A stretch of 59,846 nucleotides of DNA, filler included, from Nemertoderma westbladi (GCA_032718475.1; 3 parts of 3 records of this genome joined end to end with filler, not necessarily neighbours in it), one strand, 5' to 3'; counted from the first letter of the whole stretch, positions 1-13,900 are shown. The notes: generated by a model from the sequence alone, not told the origin. Program-made: numbers and translations.

Positions 1-615
1 AAAATTTAAGCAAATTTGACCGGAGCGTTTCCATGGAAACCGGGCAAACATAAAATTTCTAGGTTTTGCCATGAATTAATTATTTTTTCCATCTACTACC
101 CTATTTATTTTTATCCTATTTATTTTTATTTCTAGCACAGGTAACTATAGCAACGAGGTAAAATCTATTAATATATATATATATTAAATAGATTTAAATA
201 AACACTGCTGTGGAAGTAAATTTTGACACTTTTATTAGTTTTATATAATACCCCCCCCCCTATTGATACAATTTAATATCAATTCAATTTATAATTAAAT
301 ATAATATTGTGGTGTACTGTAGTGATTGTGGCACTACATGTGTCGAAAGCAGTAATTAATTCTATCCTACTTTATATAATGTAATATATACAGTATGTAT
401 AGGGAGGCTATGTAATTGATTCTTTATGGTATCTTTATAATAATAATAAACCATTAATAGAAACGGCGTTTCGGCCGGCTTTAGGCCTCTTCAGCAGTAC
501 TGCCAAGTACTGGACACCCCATTTCCAAAGATGTATAGCTGTCACTATAGTAGTGGTGATTGTCAAGATACGAGTGGCGATTCTCCTATTATTCTGATTG
601 CTGGCAGAGTCTCCA

Positions 616-862
616 GGTGGCAGTGGTTGTAGAATCACCAGCCAGGGTGGCAGTGGTAGTAAAGATGTCAGCCAGGGTGGCAACGTGGCAGTGGTAGTAG
701 AAACAACAGCCATGATGGCAACGTGGTAGGTAGTGGAAACAACAGCCAGGGTGGCAATGGATGTAGAGTCAACAGCCATGGTGGCAGTGGTAGTAGAAAC
801 AACTACCAGGGTGGCAGTGATAGTAGAAACAACAGCCAGGGTGGCAGTGGTAGTAGAGACGA
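616..862 (+). repeat. 30-bp minisatellite (ggtggcagtggtagtagaaacaacagccag), ~8 degenerate units
   Basis: Direct reading. One + frame gives (GGSGSRNNSQ)n ending at TAA 911. Confidence 0.85.
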
Positions 863-918
863 CAGGCCAGTGCCAGGCAGTTTTGAAAGAGATGGATGTT
901 ATTTTGATTAATATCTGA

Positions 919-3900
919 CTAAAGAATCCGTTTTCTCTTGTATAACTGTGGCGCTTTAAATCCATTCAGTCCCGTTTTATACATTTCCTGTTCATCAATA
1001 ATTTCTTTCATGTGACTAGCCTCAGCCTTAAGGAAAACGTTTACCAGTTTTTGTAGTAATTTTGGTTTGAATTTCTCGCTGTGTTCAGAGCAGACAACTT
1101 CAGTGGTGTCTATTTGGTTTACTAGTAGTCTATGTAATGTTGGACTCGCTTTGTTCTTGTTGTTTACCAAGGGATATGATTTTTTCAATATGTGAAATAT
1201 ATTGCAGCAAAGATGTACAAATCCATCACTCGGAAAACACAATCCCCCTCTGTCACGAAACGAAATGTAGCGAATATTCGTGGAACTTGATTGGGATTTA
1301 TCTTTTAGATCGCATCTGGTACATGAACACAACGCATCTGAATTAGGAATTGACTGAACTGCCCATCCAGCCACGTCTGAAATAATCAATAGAGATTCGT
1401 CGTCGAATATATCAAAATCATCATCTGTTGATAGTTTCGTAATTATTGGTCGTATATCTTCACTATTAGTTTTATCAAGGCAGTCAATGACATCTTGGTT
1501 GGATTGTAGAGCTGCTTTGATTTGAATTATCTTGTTTGAGTTAGTGGCTTCCCGCAGACTTACAAGGAAGCGACCTCCCGACATCTGGCGATATTTGCTG
1601 AAATGTAACTCAATTTCATCGTCTCCAAGGACTGCCAGGTTAAATAATTGGTATTCGAGTTTGTTGAAGACCAAATCTAGGACCTTAATTGTGTTAGCAA
1701 CTGTTAGTATGAGCGCTGAAAATGTCTGCGAAGTGAACCCTGCTTTATTTGAAGACTTCCACCTTGTCAGCCAGTCAAGGAAGGTTTGAAGGAAACTTTG
1801 CCGCTCACTGTCATAACGACTGAGTGTTCTTGTGTAAGGATTAGACGTATTATGTTTACAGTTCATAAACTCCCAGAAGAGTCTAATAACACGGAAGTAA
1901 TCAGCTGTGTCATTATGGAAGTTCTCTGTGCCACCACCCAAATACCATCTGAGGGCATCGATAGTACTATCATGGTACAGGTTGAGCATAAGCTGGGTGT
2001 TTTGCTTGCGCTTTCCAACGTTGATTGTTGCATATGTCAGCTTGTGGGCTTTTCGCAGATTGACTGAAGAATCACAATTAATTCTCTCTGTATCCATCTG
2101 ATACACCATACGAACATCAGACATCGACACTTTAGCATTTGCTCCTATTTGAAATACGTCATTCATATAACTCCACTTAAATTCAGGAGGATAAAAAATG
2201 CTCGGTGTTAAATAAGTTATTTCGTGTATTCTTCATGAGGTGATTATAATCAAACAACGGAATTATATCACAAAGCTCTGGTTCATATATAATCTTTGAG
2301 TAAGCATTGACATTAACTGAAAGGCCATCAGTAACAAACACTCGTGGCTGAAACTCGGCCTCTTTTAAATGTTTCACAACTTCCTTGAATTCTTTTATCA
2401 ACATGTCTCCAGTTAATGTCTCGTAACATGGCACTGACTTGACAATTATTCCATTTCCCCCACTTAGACCTCTTACCATAATATCCAGCAGGGTCTTTGG
2501 TGATTCGATAATACCTCCTGCACTAAATATTGATTCTCTCTGTAAGTAAATTTCATCCGCGTATATTACAACATTCTGATCCATACCAATGCTCTTTAGA
2601 AGTGTATAAACTTTTACATCACCTCTTGTCAACTTTTCAAAGAATGAAATGCTGGGTAGGTTCGGCATCAGCTTCAAGAGCTCTTTATATCCATTCCTGC
2701 TCTTATAACGTAGAATAAGACACTTTCTAATGATATTCTTGGGGTATATTCCTATCTTTTTATAATTGCGGTACTCGTCTAGAAATTCCATGAAATCTGA
2801 GTCAAAATTAGGCAATGAATGAAACTTGACCTCATTCATTAGCCTAAGCAAAACGCTTTTCTTCTGAACTTTATTATACCCACTTTTGTTACGTGGTAAA
2901 TAGCTAAAATTAACGAGGGGTATTTTAGAGGTATTTTGAGAAACAATAAAGTACGTCGTTGAGATCTTAAGGAAGTAATTCAGTTTTAGATTTTCGGGGG
3001 AAATTTCATAAATCATAATTCCATCTTCACTTTCAACATCACACCTACACGCATGTACCTCTCTATTCTTAAAAACATCCTCGTCTTCAATCCATTTCTT
3101 TATATTTCCCAACTCCCACTCCAATTTGTCTTCTTCAACTAATTTTCTATTTTCGAGTAGGTTGTATAGTGTGGGATCAACTTTTCGTTTAGTTGGTGAC
3201 TTTCGTAGTGGGGATGGTAATGGCACAGCCAATGTAAATATTGATGGAATTGATTCCTTTTTGAGATTGGAACTTCGAAACTGTAAATTTCTGTTCATCA
3301 TAAAATCCTTCGGCTCGAAGTGAACTTTACAAATTCGATCTTTATCGTAATCGAATTCTCGACCTAACGAAAAATATTAATCTAAAATAATTTATAGGGC
3401 TAGTGTTCCGCCCGTGCCAGTATTTATATTTCACATTGCAATGTAAACTAATTACTACTGAATACAAAAACTCGAATCAATAATCAATTAAATGTTCAAA
3501 AAATTTGTATTACTAGCTAATTTATAATTTCTAAATAACTATCGGTAGTATTATTGAATTACTTTATTATTAATTACTTCTATTAGAATAACTATTAAGA
3601 ATTAAGAATTAACGATTAAGAATTACTTCTATTATTGACCATTATTGAATGTTTGCAACCGGATGTTAAAAGGGGAAAAGCCACCACCAATTTGGACTAA
3701 AGGTCAACTAAAGCCTCTCCCCAAGAAAGGAGACCTCGGCATACCAACAAACTATCGTGGGATCTGTCTGCTTGTGGTAGCTGCCAAAATATACAATAAA
3801 ATGATTCTATATAGGATTAGGGCTCGCATAGAGAAACTACTGCGTAAGAGCCAAAACGGATTTCGACCAAGTAGATCAACAATAGCTCAGATACTTGCAC

Positions 3901-5973
3901 TACGGAGACTGATTGAAGGAATTAAGTCAAAGAATCTCCCCGCAGTCATGACTTTTGTGGACTTCAAGAAGGCATTCGACTCCATCCATAGAGGTAAAAT
4001 GCTTGAAATCCTAAGAGCTTATGGAATACCAGAAGTAATTGTTGCTGGCATTGGATTGTTATATTGTGACACAGATCCAGATTTCACCAGATGGTGAAAC
4101 TGAGTTTTTCTCAATCCTGGCTGGCGTACTGCAAGGTGACACATTAGCACCATTACTATTTGTAATTGTGCTGGATTACGCAATGAGGATGGCCACAAAG
4201 GGTGAAGATCTGGGATTCACACTTCAAGAACGCAGAAGTAGTAGATATCCGGCAACTACAGTCACAGACACCGATTTTGCGGATGACATCGCCCTGCTCT
4301 CTAATACGCTAGCAGATGCACAACTTCTACTAAATAAAGTGGAGAGGGCTGCTAAGGAGGTTGGATTGCATATAAATGCTACAAAGACCGAATTCATGAC
4401 CTTTAATGTTGATGGGAACTTGACAACCATTGATAATAATCAACTAAGGAAGGTCGATGACTTCCAGTACCTTGGATCATGGATAGAGAGTAGCAAAAAG
4501 GACATAGAAGTTAGGAAAGCAAAGGCTTGGGTAGCTCTATCAAAAATGGATACCATCTGGAAATCAGATCTCTCCAGGCACCTGAAGACTAAGTTCTTTC
4601 GAGCCACAGTGGAAAGTGCATTTTTATACGTGGGTGAGACCTGGACACTGACTAAATCATTTGAACAACGAATTGATGGTTGCTACACAAGACTACTAAG
4701 GGCAGCCCTAAACATCAGCTGGAGACAACACATGACAAACGCCGAGCTTTATGGTACAATACCACCTGTATCAACCACCCTCCGTGAACGCAGATTAAGA
4801 TTCAGTGGACACTGCTGGCGAAGTAAAGACGAGGTCATACCAGATCTACTTCTCTGGCAACCAACTCATGGAAAGCGTAGTCGTGGACGACCGGCCATAA
4901 CATATATATATCAACTTGAAAGGGATACTGAACTTGGGAGAAACGAAATTGCGACAACTATGGAGAATCGGGAAGCCTGGAAGGATCTCATTTCCACTGT
5001 CCGAGTTCGCTCGACCTAGTAGTAGTATCGGTAGTATTTAAAAATTTTTTTTAAAAATTTGGTATTAAATTTAGTGTCATAAATGTTATAGTTTCAGGTA
5101 GCTAGTAATTTTTAAGATAGCTAGTATTTTTATAACATAGGTGTAGCTTGTGTGACCATTTATTAAATTTAAATTTTTATTTTTTCGATTTTTATTATTG
5201 GAAAGTGTTATAGAACATAAGTAGATATGTTGTTTTTATGGTAGCAAGTGTTTTTTTTACGAGCTAGTATATTTTGAAACTATAAAAATGTTGAAATATT
5301 TGGCAATAAATTGTTAAAAGTTGAAATCTGATTTTTTTAAAATTACTAGCTAATTTAAAATTAAAAAATAACTATAGCTATATGTTCTAGATCATTTTAT
5401 TTTTTATTTTATTCTAGAATAGTTAAATAACTTTATATGGTGTTCTATAACTAATATTGAAGCCACCATAGTAACAATGATTAAGGAACATACGCATATG
5501 CATGTGGCATACGGATAGCCGTTTTTTTAACTAGCTAGTATTTTTTGAAATTATAAAAAAATGTGAAAACATTGATTCTAGAATGTTTTCCAATATTAAA
5601 AAAACACTAAATAAAATATTATTTTTTTTATTTTCAAAAATACTAGCTAGTGAAAAAAATACTACTAGATGTCAGAAAAATGTCTACTAAGGTTCTAGAA
5701 CAATCACAAATGTTCTAGAACATAATAAAATGCAATAAAACCAAATAAAAAGACATACAAATTTTATTAATTTGCTGTACCATGGCTACACACATACTAT
5801 AGTAGTACCAAATAGATAACATGTCGTTTCATGCATGATATAATAATAAAATCCTTACCTGGCGTATTCAGCCCCTGACGAATCGCTTGTTTCCATTCAT
5901 TGCAAACAGCAACATCAATAGGAAACCGGTGCAAATGGTCTTTTGACTTGCATACTAAACAAGTACGTGGCAT
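919..5973 (-). CDS. P-type (THAP9-like) transposase, 2 exons (5973-5859, 3363-919), one frameshift in an A6 run at 2193-2198
   Basis: Exon 1 MPRTCLVC..LHRFP..W joins through a phase-1 GT..AG intron to RICKVHFEPKDF..LKKESIPSIF, giving a complete THAP zinc finger. Core motifs: YADEIY, VTDG, FDYNHLMKNTRNN, EIELHFSKYRQMSGG. Confidence 0.88.
3553..5025 (+). mobile_element. 5'-truncated RTE-clade LINE, copy 1 (frameshifted RT)
   Basis: RT motifs KKGD..NYRGI, FVDFKKAFDS, GVLQGDTLAP, FADD and C-terminal HGKRSRGRP. (TAG)n tail. 13-bp TSD tatcggtagtatt at 3540-3552 and 5026-5038. A small deletion near 4075 relative to copy 2 shifts the frame. Confidence 0.92.
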
Positions 5974-6772
5974 GATGTAGATAGTTCACTATGTGTCGCC
6001 TGTGAAGTAATGAAGACCCTACTGTGTAGAGACTAAAGGTTACCGCGATGTAGGCCTACTGGTTAATTGTAATCGAAAAATTATCGGTTAATATTATTTT
6101 AAAATAGTGCAGCTGTAGCTAGTTGTGGTAATAATAATATTGTTGTCAAACCAACGCATCAATATTACAACAGCGCAGTTCAAGAATAATGGCAGTACTA
6201 CTTGTTGCCATAGAAATATATCGCAAATAAGATTAAATCGCCCCCAACACTGCATTTCTTGTTGGCAAATTTGAAAACTTTGACGGATTATATCTCGAGC
6301 GAGAACGCTCCGGTCGAATTTGCTTAAATTATTTTTCTGGGGTTTCTATGGCATATACTACCACTTTATTGAAAAAAATATCGGGGCCGAAAAATTAACA
6401 CTAATGCGGTTCCGTAAGGTACATCAATCTATATTAAATATATTATCTTAAATAATATACTGATATCCCAACTTTAAATTATAATTTTATATAAACAAGA
6501 ACATAACTTAACATTAAACATGATACCATTCAGCCATTGCAGTGTGACAGTCTGACAGTGATTACACTTTACTTTACTTTTACATGTATTAATAGTCCTT
6601 TATCAGTTTACAGGTTTAGTAGGTACAGAGGTAGGCCTAAGCCCCTGAGAACAACTTGATATATCGGGAAAGGTACGCCTTTCCCGATTGGGATATGCAT
6701 CACCTTTCCCGATGGGGGAATTGGACCTAACTGCCTGTCTTCTAGTAGGCCTTGGTTTTTATATAGGCCTAG

Positions 6773-7101
6773 TGTTGGGTTTTGAAGAAAAAACAACAAT
6801 AAGAAAAGCATGAGGAATGACAACAAGTACTGTATATTATAATATATTGTTTAGTTACTCTAATTCTCTAGATAGATATAATTATATTGCATGACAAAAA
6901 TGTATCTGGTATATATCTCATGATGTGCAATATGGTTACACATAGAAAGGGTCAAACATACCTACTGTAGAAGTGCAAACAATATGTAAATATAATATAA
7001 TTAATCATGGAGTTAATTAATTACGGTAGTAGTGTTGAGGTTATACACATCATTTAACAGCACATAATATTAAATCAATTATACCTTATATTAACGTTAC
7101 A
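6773..7101 (-). repeat. 3' LTR
   Basis: Direct repeat of 17622-17950; I see one substitution. Adjacent PPT aaaagggggag at ~7105-7115 on the minus strand. Confidence 0.96.
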
Positions 7102-7323
7102 TAACTCCCCCTTTTAAATAGGCGGAGCCTTAATTAAATATTTAAATAAATCAAATTATAGACTAAACAAATAATCATGTCCTTTTCTACTCTAAAATTT
7201 CATAATATTACTAACAATAGTGATATTTAATACCAAATATATATTACATTACAGAGCGATTCATGGTAACGCAAGGTAAAGATAAGTACTAATCCTACAG
7301 CATAATTTAAATTTGTGAATACA

Positions 7324-8431
7324 TTATTTTAATTTAAATGTTACACGTTTACGGACTTTAACGTAATTTATTTGAGTGTCGTTAGCGTGAATCACTGGTT
7401 TAATTCTATCCAATGATATCACTTCCTTCTGGCAATAACGTAGGATAGTAACAGTTTTCTCTTTCAAATCGATTATGGGAAAGGGGCCAGTGTAACAAGG
7501 AGCTAATGAACTTCTCTTAATCGGATCTTTAACCCAAACATGTGTTGCCAATTTCAAAAATTCCGGAACATGCGATTTAATGCTATGGCGACGTATCGGC
7601 GCTTTAAAGGAATCAACTTTATTGAATAGTTTAGAAACATAAGCTGGAATATCTTCTGTCTTATTTGTAGAATCGAAAAATTGTCCAGGAAGACGTAACT
7701 CGGTTCCATATAATAATTGTGCCGGAGAGTATCCGTGAACACCTGCAGCTGATCGAAGTCCAAGTAATACCAAGGGTAACTCGTGGTACCAATTATAATT
7801 TCGACATTTAGCACGAAGTGACGCCTTTAGTTGCCTGTGGAATCTTTCCACTAAACCATTGCATGAGGGGTGATACGCTGTGGTTCGCTTACGTTCAATA
7901 CCCAATTTATTAGTTAATGCAGAAAATAAATGGGATTCAAATTGAGATCCTCTATCTGTAATTATTCTACTAGGAACTCCAAATCGACTTATCCACGAAT
8001 GAAGAAAAGCGTCAGCTATAGTTTCAGTACAAATATTTTTAACGGGAACAACTTCACACCATCTTGTAAAGCGATCAACTGCAGTAAACAAATATTTAAA
8101 ACCACATGATAAAGGTAATGGACCGACAATATCAATATGCACAGCATCCAATCTGGATTCAGTAGGTATTGTGCCAACTGGGGTTTTGGTGTGGAGTGTT
8201 ATTTTTGATTTTTGACAATCAAAACATTCCCTCGCCCATGAATTAACCTGTTTATTCATTCCAGGCCAAGTATAGCGAGCTGATATTAAACGAAGAGATT
8301 CCTTGGGACCAGCATGAGCTAGTGAATGAAATTTGTCAAAAATTGGTCGACGCAATTTTGTAGGAACATAGGGTCTCAAAGTCGACTTAGAATTATCATA
8401 ATATACAAATTTCCCATTTACTTTTTCCATG
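7324..8431 (-). CDS. pol: Pol integrase (separated from RH by an insert)
   Basis: HHCC zinc motif (HSLAH..CFDCQ), HIDIVGP, ITDRGSQF, NGLVERFH, GPF module. Confidence 0.95.
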
Positions 8432-9207
8432 TTTTTTTCTGACCAAAAATTTCAAAAAAAAATTTTTCGTAGCCAGTACTGCCAATCGATTCGCCATCAA
8501 AAATAACGCAAAAAATTTTTTTTGCAAAATTTTAAATTACTGTAAATTTTTGGCGACTGGGGGGGGGGGGTCAATTTTTTTCGATCCGCTATAACTCCGG
8601 AACGCTTTGTCCAAATTCGATGGGGTTTTCATTTTTCAACTTAATTAGATGTCCTCTTTCAGCCTATCCATGTTTCCAAACCCCAAACAGCGCCGTTCAA
8701 AAAATAATTTTTTCCAGTTCTAGAATTTTACAAATTTCAAAAAAGTTTCAGTATTTTATTAACGCCTTTACGGAATTCGATAGCGTTTTCGATTTTTATA
8801 TTAAACGCAATATCCTGAATCTCACTAGCCTAGTTTCGCGTCACCAACGCCAAGACTTCATACTTTTTGAGGAAAATTTTTCTAGAATAATTTTTATTTA
8901 ATTACATTTATCGCGATTTCTTATTACTGGTTGCACATGAATTGATGGAGTTTTCAATTTATTAACTAAACACGATATCGCGCATCGCACCAGCGTGGTT
9001 TCGAAATTCCAAAACGAGGTCTTCACTAGTTGCAGGTCGATTTTGTTCTAGAATTGAGTAACTAATAATAGATCGAATTTATTAATAATTATTGTATGAA
9101 ATATGATTGTATTTTTACATAATTATTAGTTCTATAATAATTCTCGTTGTCTCTTTTATTTGAAATAAAAAGTCGGTTCCTTATCGGGCCGCTAGGCCCG
9201 TCACTAG
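8432..9207 (+). mobile_element. Non-autonomous Helitron/Helentron-like element
   Basis: Non-coding insert in a T-run of pol with no clear TSD. 3' hairpin cgggcc-gcta-ggcccg (9185-9200) followed by CTAG (9204-9207). Confidence 0.7.
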
Positions 9208-10839
9208 TTTTGTTGAACAGAAAAATTTTTGCAAGGAGTCATCGCATAATTGGGCCTCAGCCAATTCAATTATATTGTCGAACGAGATTACTGAAATTGG
9301 GCGTGATAATGCATCTGCTACCAAATTATCTGCTCCAGCTACGTATTTAATATCGCAATGAAATTCCGAAATATACGACAGCAAACGGGCTTGTTGTGGA
9401 GATGGATTTTTCATCTCCAAGCAACAAATTAGAGGCTTGTGATCAGTAAAAATTGTCAGGTTTTGCCCAAGTAACCATTCGTGATGTTTAAGGGCAGAGT
9501 ATATAGCAAGTAACTCCCGATCAAAAGTAGATTTGCGGCTCTCATTAGGTGTGAGTTTTTTTGAATAGAATGCTAGCGGTTCCAGATTCCCATCAACTTG
9601 CTGATGAACAACACCTCCAATGGCTATACTTGACGCATCAGTTGTGATTGAAATTTTTGCGTTTTCTTTTGGAAATGCCAAAATTACTGCGTTTGACAGT
9701 GCTTCCTTCAGTTTGGCGAAGGCTATTTTTCCTTCAGCTGATAAATGAAAATTTCCAGTCTTTCCCATTTTCCGAGTTAAATCTGTCAAAGGGGACGCAA
9801 TGTCCGAAAACCTGGGTACAAACCGATGATAAAATCCGCAAATACCAAGGAATCTACGAAGGGCAGTGCAAGTTTCCGGTTCTGGGAAATTTTTAATAGC
9901 TTCAATTTTGGAAGGGTTTGGACGAACACCTTGTTTTGAAACATAATACCCGAGGAATAAAACCTCGCTTTTAAAAAAAACACACTTTGAAAGTTTCGCC
10001 TTTAAACCATTTCTCTCCAGACGTTCTAGAACACATTTTATATCATTGTAATGTTGCTCGGGGTTTGGACTTCCTATTAAAATGTCATCAACATACCCAA
10101 CGGCACATTTTAAGCCAAATAATATGCTGTCTATCAATCTTTGAAATGTTTGGGAAGCATTCCGAAGTCCAAATGGCATAGATTTAAACGAAAACATACC
10201 AAAAGGAGTTGTAATTGAGGTTTTGGGTATATCTTCCTCTGCTAAGGGAATTTGATGGTACGCCTTAGTTAAATCTATTTTCGTAAAAATCGTACAGCCT
10301 CGAAATTTATCCATGATGTCGGCAATGTTTGGCATCGGATAATTGTCCGGGACTGTTTGTTTATTCAGTTGCCTGTAATCGCCACACGGTCGAATTGAGC
10401 CATCTGGTTTTAGTACAGTATGTAAAGGTGATGACCATGGCGATTCCCGGCGCTCGACTATTCCTAGCTTAGAAAGAAGATCAAATTCATCTGAGGCAGC
10501 TTTCAACCGATCACCAAATAAACGTCTGGGCTTAGCGTAACATGGAGGCCCGTTAGTTACTATATGGTGCCTGGTGGAATGTTTAACAGGATCACGAGCT
10601 GATAGGTCAGTAAATACAGACTTATACTGATTCAGCAAGCCTTGAATTTTTCTATCCGCACAGTAAGAATTATTTGATACAGCACTTATTCTACTAACAA
10701 AATATTCATTACGTATGGTGGTATTTCCTACAGCACCAATATTACTAGCAATTCCTAGTACACTAATAAAGCACATAATAATCCCAAAGCACAAAAACAA
10801 TCTATAAAATAGCATCTTGTTTAATGAAAAAATCGCCGG
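9208..10839 (-). CDS. pol: Pol reverse transcriptase / RNase H
   Basis: RPCGDYRQLN, IDLTKAYHQI, MPFGLRNA, YVDD, TDAS, DRELLA, TDHKPL, ADALSR. Confidence 0.95.
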
Positions 10840-10966
10840 TCAACTAATGACCGAAAGGAAAACAAGAATAAAATATTTCCAATAACCGCTATCACTTTTA
10901 CGTTCATTACTATTATTAATTACTTTCGAACATTTACTCTCAATGTTATTGGTGTTAGCTGCGCTA

Positions 10967-13900
10967 CTATTTCCAGTACCCAGAACATTTTTTGTGTAAA
11001 TAAATTTCTCCAGCTTTGCAATCAATATTGATATCATGGAAACGTAGAAAATCCAATCCTAATATTGGTTGGCTCACCTCCGCCACCAAAAACTTCCAGG
11101 TGAATGTTTTGTTACTGAGACAAGGGATCGAAAATTTTAATTGACCAACACCATAATTCTTAATGCTAGATGAATTAGCAGCTGTTAATCTAGTTTCACA
11201 TTTGTCAGAAAAATTGTCTAAAAGATGACTAAAACTTGGAGGCAAAATAGAAAATTCACTGCCTGAATCAACCAGAAAATTACCAACAGGGTTTGCCGTA
11301 ATATAAACAGAATTTACATTACCATTACTAGTATTACTATTACCACTAACGTTGTGTCCGTTGTAAGACCCTCTAGGCGAATCTCGATTCTCCACACCAT
11401 AACTGCACGGGGGAGTGCATTTATTGGCTTCGTTCCCGAAACGAAAATGGTAGAAACACCATGGACCATTTTGATTGTAGTCTCGGCCGCGCGATTGACT
11501 ACGCCGGTTGGCAGGGGTGCGATCGTTATATCTGCCAGCAGTGGATCCAGAGAAGCGATTTCTGGAGGTGGACCGAGATCTTGAGTAGTGCTGTGGTACC
11601 CCTAGACTAGCAACTTTATGAAACTGCAAAGATCTTGAATGATCATGCTATGACCTTGGTGTACCTGCAAAGATCTTAATGCATTATAATTCTGTCAAGA
11701 TCATGACATGATCTTGTCAAGATCGTTAAAGACTTGAACCGGTAAGTGGCAATTTTTAGGTATTTTAATTTATCTTCTACACATGGTGCATTTACTATAA
11801 TCTCCTAATCCATGAGTCAATTAATAGTTAAGTGTTTGCGAAATCACCATATAATTGCTTATCTGCCAATCTACTAAGATCATAACACGATCATGACAAG
11901 ATCTCCTAAGGTACACATAAATTCGTACCTGAAATTATCTTCTTCAGTATACTAACTACTGTACATTCATGGCGCTAAAACATGGTAATTATGTAACCTT
12001 AAATTTGAACTGGGCCCTGTGGGAAGGGATTGGGGAAGGGAGATTAAAAGCGCGGGATAAGGATGTGGGGTGGGGGGGGGGGGGGGGGATGTGCGAATTT
12101 GAGATTTGCGAAATTATTACAGTACAGAAATGACATAAAATTATTTTATCAACATGCCATGCTGAATACAATCCAATTTTAACACATCCTTTCATGAAAT
12201 CTAATATAGCGTGGATCTTTACTTGTAACCAACCATATCTATCATGAATTTCTCTCCTATACTATACTTTTGTTTATGTCTACCTCTACACAGCACCAGC
12301 AATCAGCGCAATGAGACAAGACAGAGAGGGACATCGATCAATATGGCCTCAAGAAGATGGAGTTAGTTTATAGCTTAAATTAACCTTCAAACCCCACACC
12401 ACTAATCTGTACAGTGGTATTTGGAGAATACTGCCTACAGAAATTTTCCGCCAATAATCAACAATTTTAAAACTATTTCCTTGCAACAATCTCCAGCAGT
12501 CGCAGTCAGAGTTAACTCTGTTTCCATATCTTCATTTATATTAATAACTATTAATTTATTTGCCATTTTCCGCATTACTGTATTACAGTATATTTGTACT
12601 GTATACTGTATTCGAATTTGGCTTGCTATGTACAGTACATGTATAAAGCTACAATGTGTTACTAACTCATTAATTGTAGAACCTTTGTACAGTTTCTGAG
12701 GATACAATAATAAAATAACATCGTGTACTTTGTGGGCTGACTACCGGTAATTAGAAATTAAATATCTACATACCAGAATACTGGTGTGAAGAGAAGAGAC
12801 TTTCATAGGGTACTATTGTCTAATAGGGGGGACCCTCTTATCTGCTAATTGAAATGAAATTTGTATTTCTACTCTACAATATTCCTATCTTGTTTATTGT
12901 TTTGGTTCCTTTCCACTCGCCTCTGTAACCTGCTCCTTTACTAACCGGGCACTAGTGACTTCAGTTTAGGTGATTTCACGATTAACAGCTGAGGAGGGTC
13001 CCGCATTAGACACTAGTAGTGCCGGAGGCAAAGCATACTGGGTAGGCCCTACCACTATCTCACAGTCTCAACCGTTGTTACCTTGTTGTCCTCTAGCAGT
13101 CTAACTGGAGATTGGAGAACTGCTAAGTAAGTCCCCCACGCAAATTATATTTCAAATTTTCGACCGACTACATACATGCTGTACAGTATATATAGGCCCC
13201 TACCAAATTTGGTTTAATTTCATCAAAATATTGTCTCAGATATTGCATCTGAAAATTTACCAACAGACTAACTAACAGACAACGGTTGAAACAGTGGTGC
13301 CCGTATACTAAGCTCACTTGCTTCGTTGCTTGTACAGTATGTCTCTTTTCAAATGTTCCGATGAAACTCATTGAGTGGTTTGTTAGCTTACCTAAAAGAA
13401 CATAGTGAGTGCATGGCTACTAATAATAAAAAAATATATTCTCCATAATCTCGGTACTTATTAATAATATTTAGGGAATAGTTTTGTAAAAAAAAAAGTA
13501 ATTAGGCCTACAGGTACTGTTAATTATACGATAGTAAATAGTAAATCAATTAGTAAATCAATAGTAATCCATAGTAAATCAACAGTGCCATCCCAATAGT
13601 GTGGCCACCCAAAAGCGCCGATCCGACAAGGAACGAACCAAACAGCGCCAGTCAAACAGCATCTTAACCCAAGAGCAACAGCCCAACCAGGGTAACACCA
13701 ACTCATCAATCGAAGATTCGAATGCGTGCCACGTTAATATTGATGGTTCAGGTGATGGTAAAGTGGTACCTCTACTAAAGCTTTTATCGAAGCAGCAAGA
13801 AAAGTTGATCCAAGAAATACAAATACAGAACAGCAAAAATCGTAATCTAGCAAAACGAGAGTTTCGCTTGCTGCGAGAAGTAATATTTGCCCAGGGACAG

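Larger units (their letters stand above)
1..6415 (-). mobile_element. P-element/THAP9-like DNA transposon (left end runs off the window)
   Basis: 1-30 (aaaatttaagcaaatttgaccggagcgttt) is an inverted copy of ~6304-6332. It encloses a P-type transposase. 6391-6415 matches the interior of the 67-bp CATGG-ended element at 27445. The exact right terminus is unresolved. Confidence 0.8.

Noticed and set aside
435-965. 176-aa minus-strand Thr/Val-rich ORF
   Set aside because: An antisense reading of the 30-bp minisatellite; no independent support.
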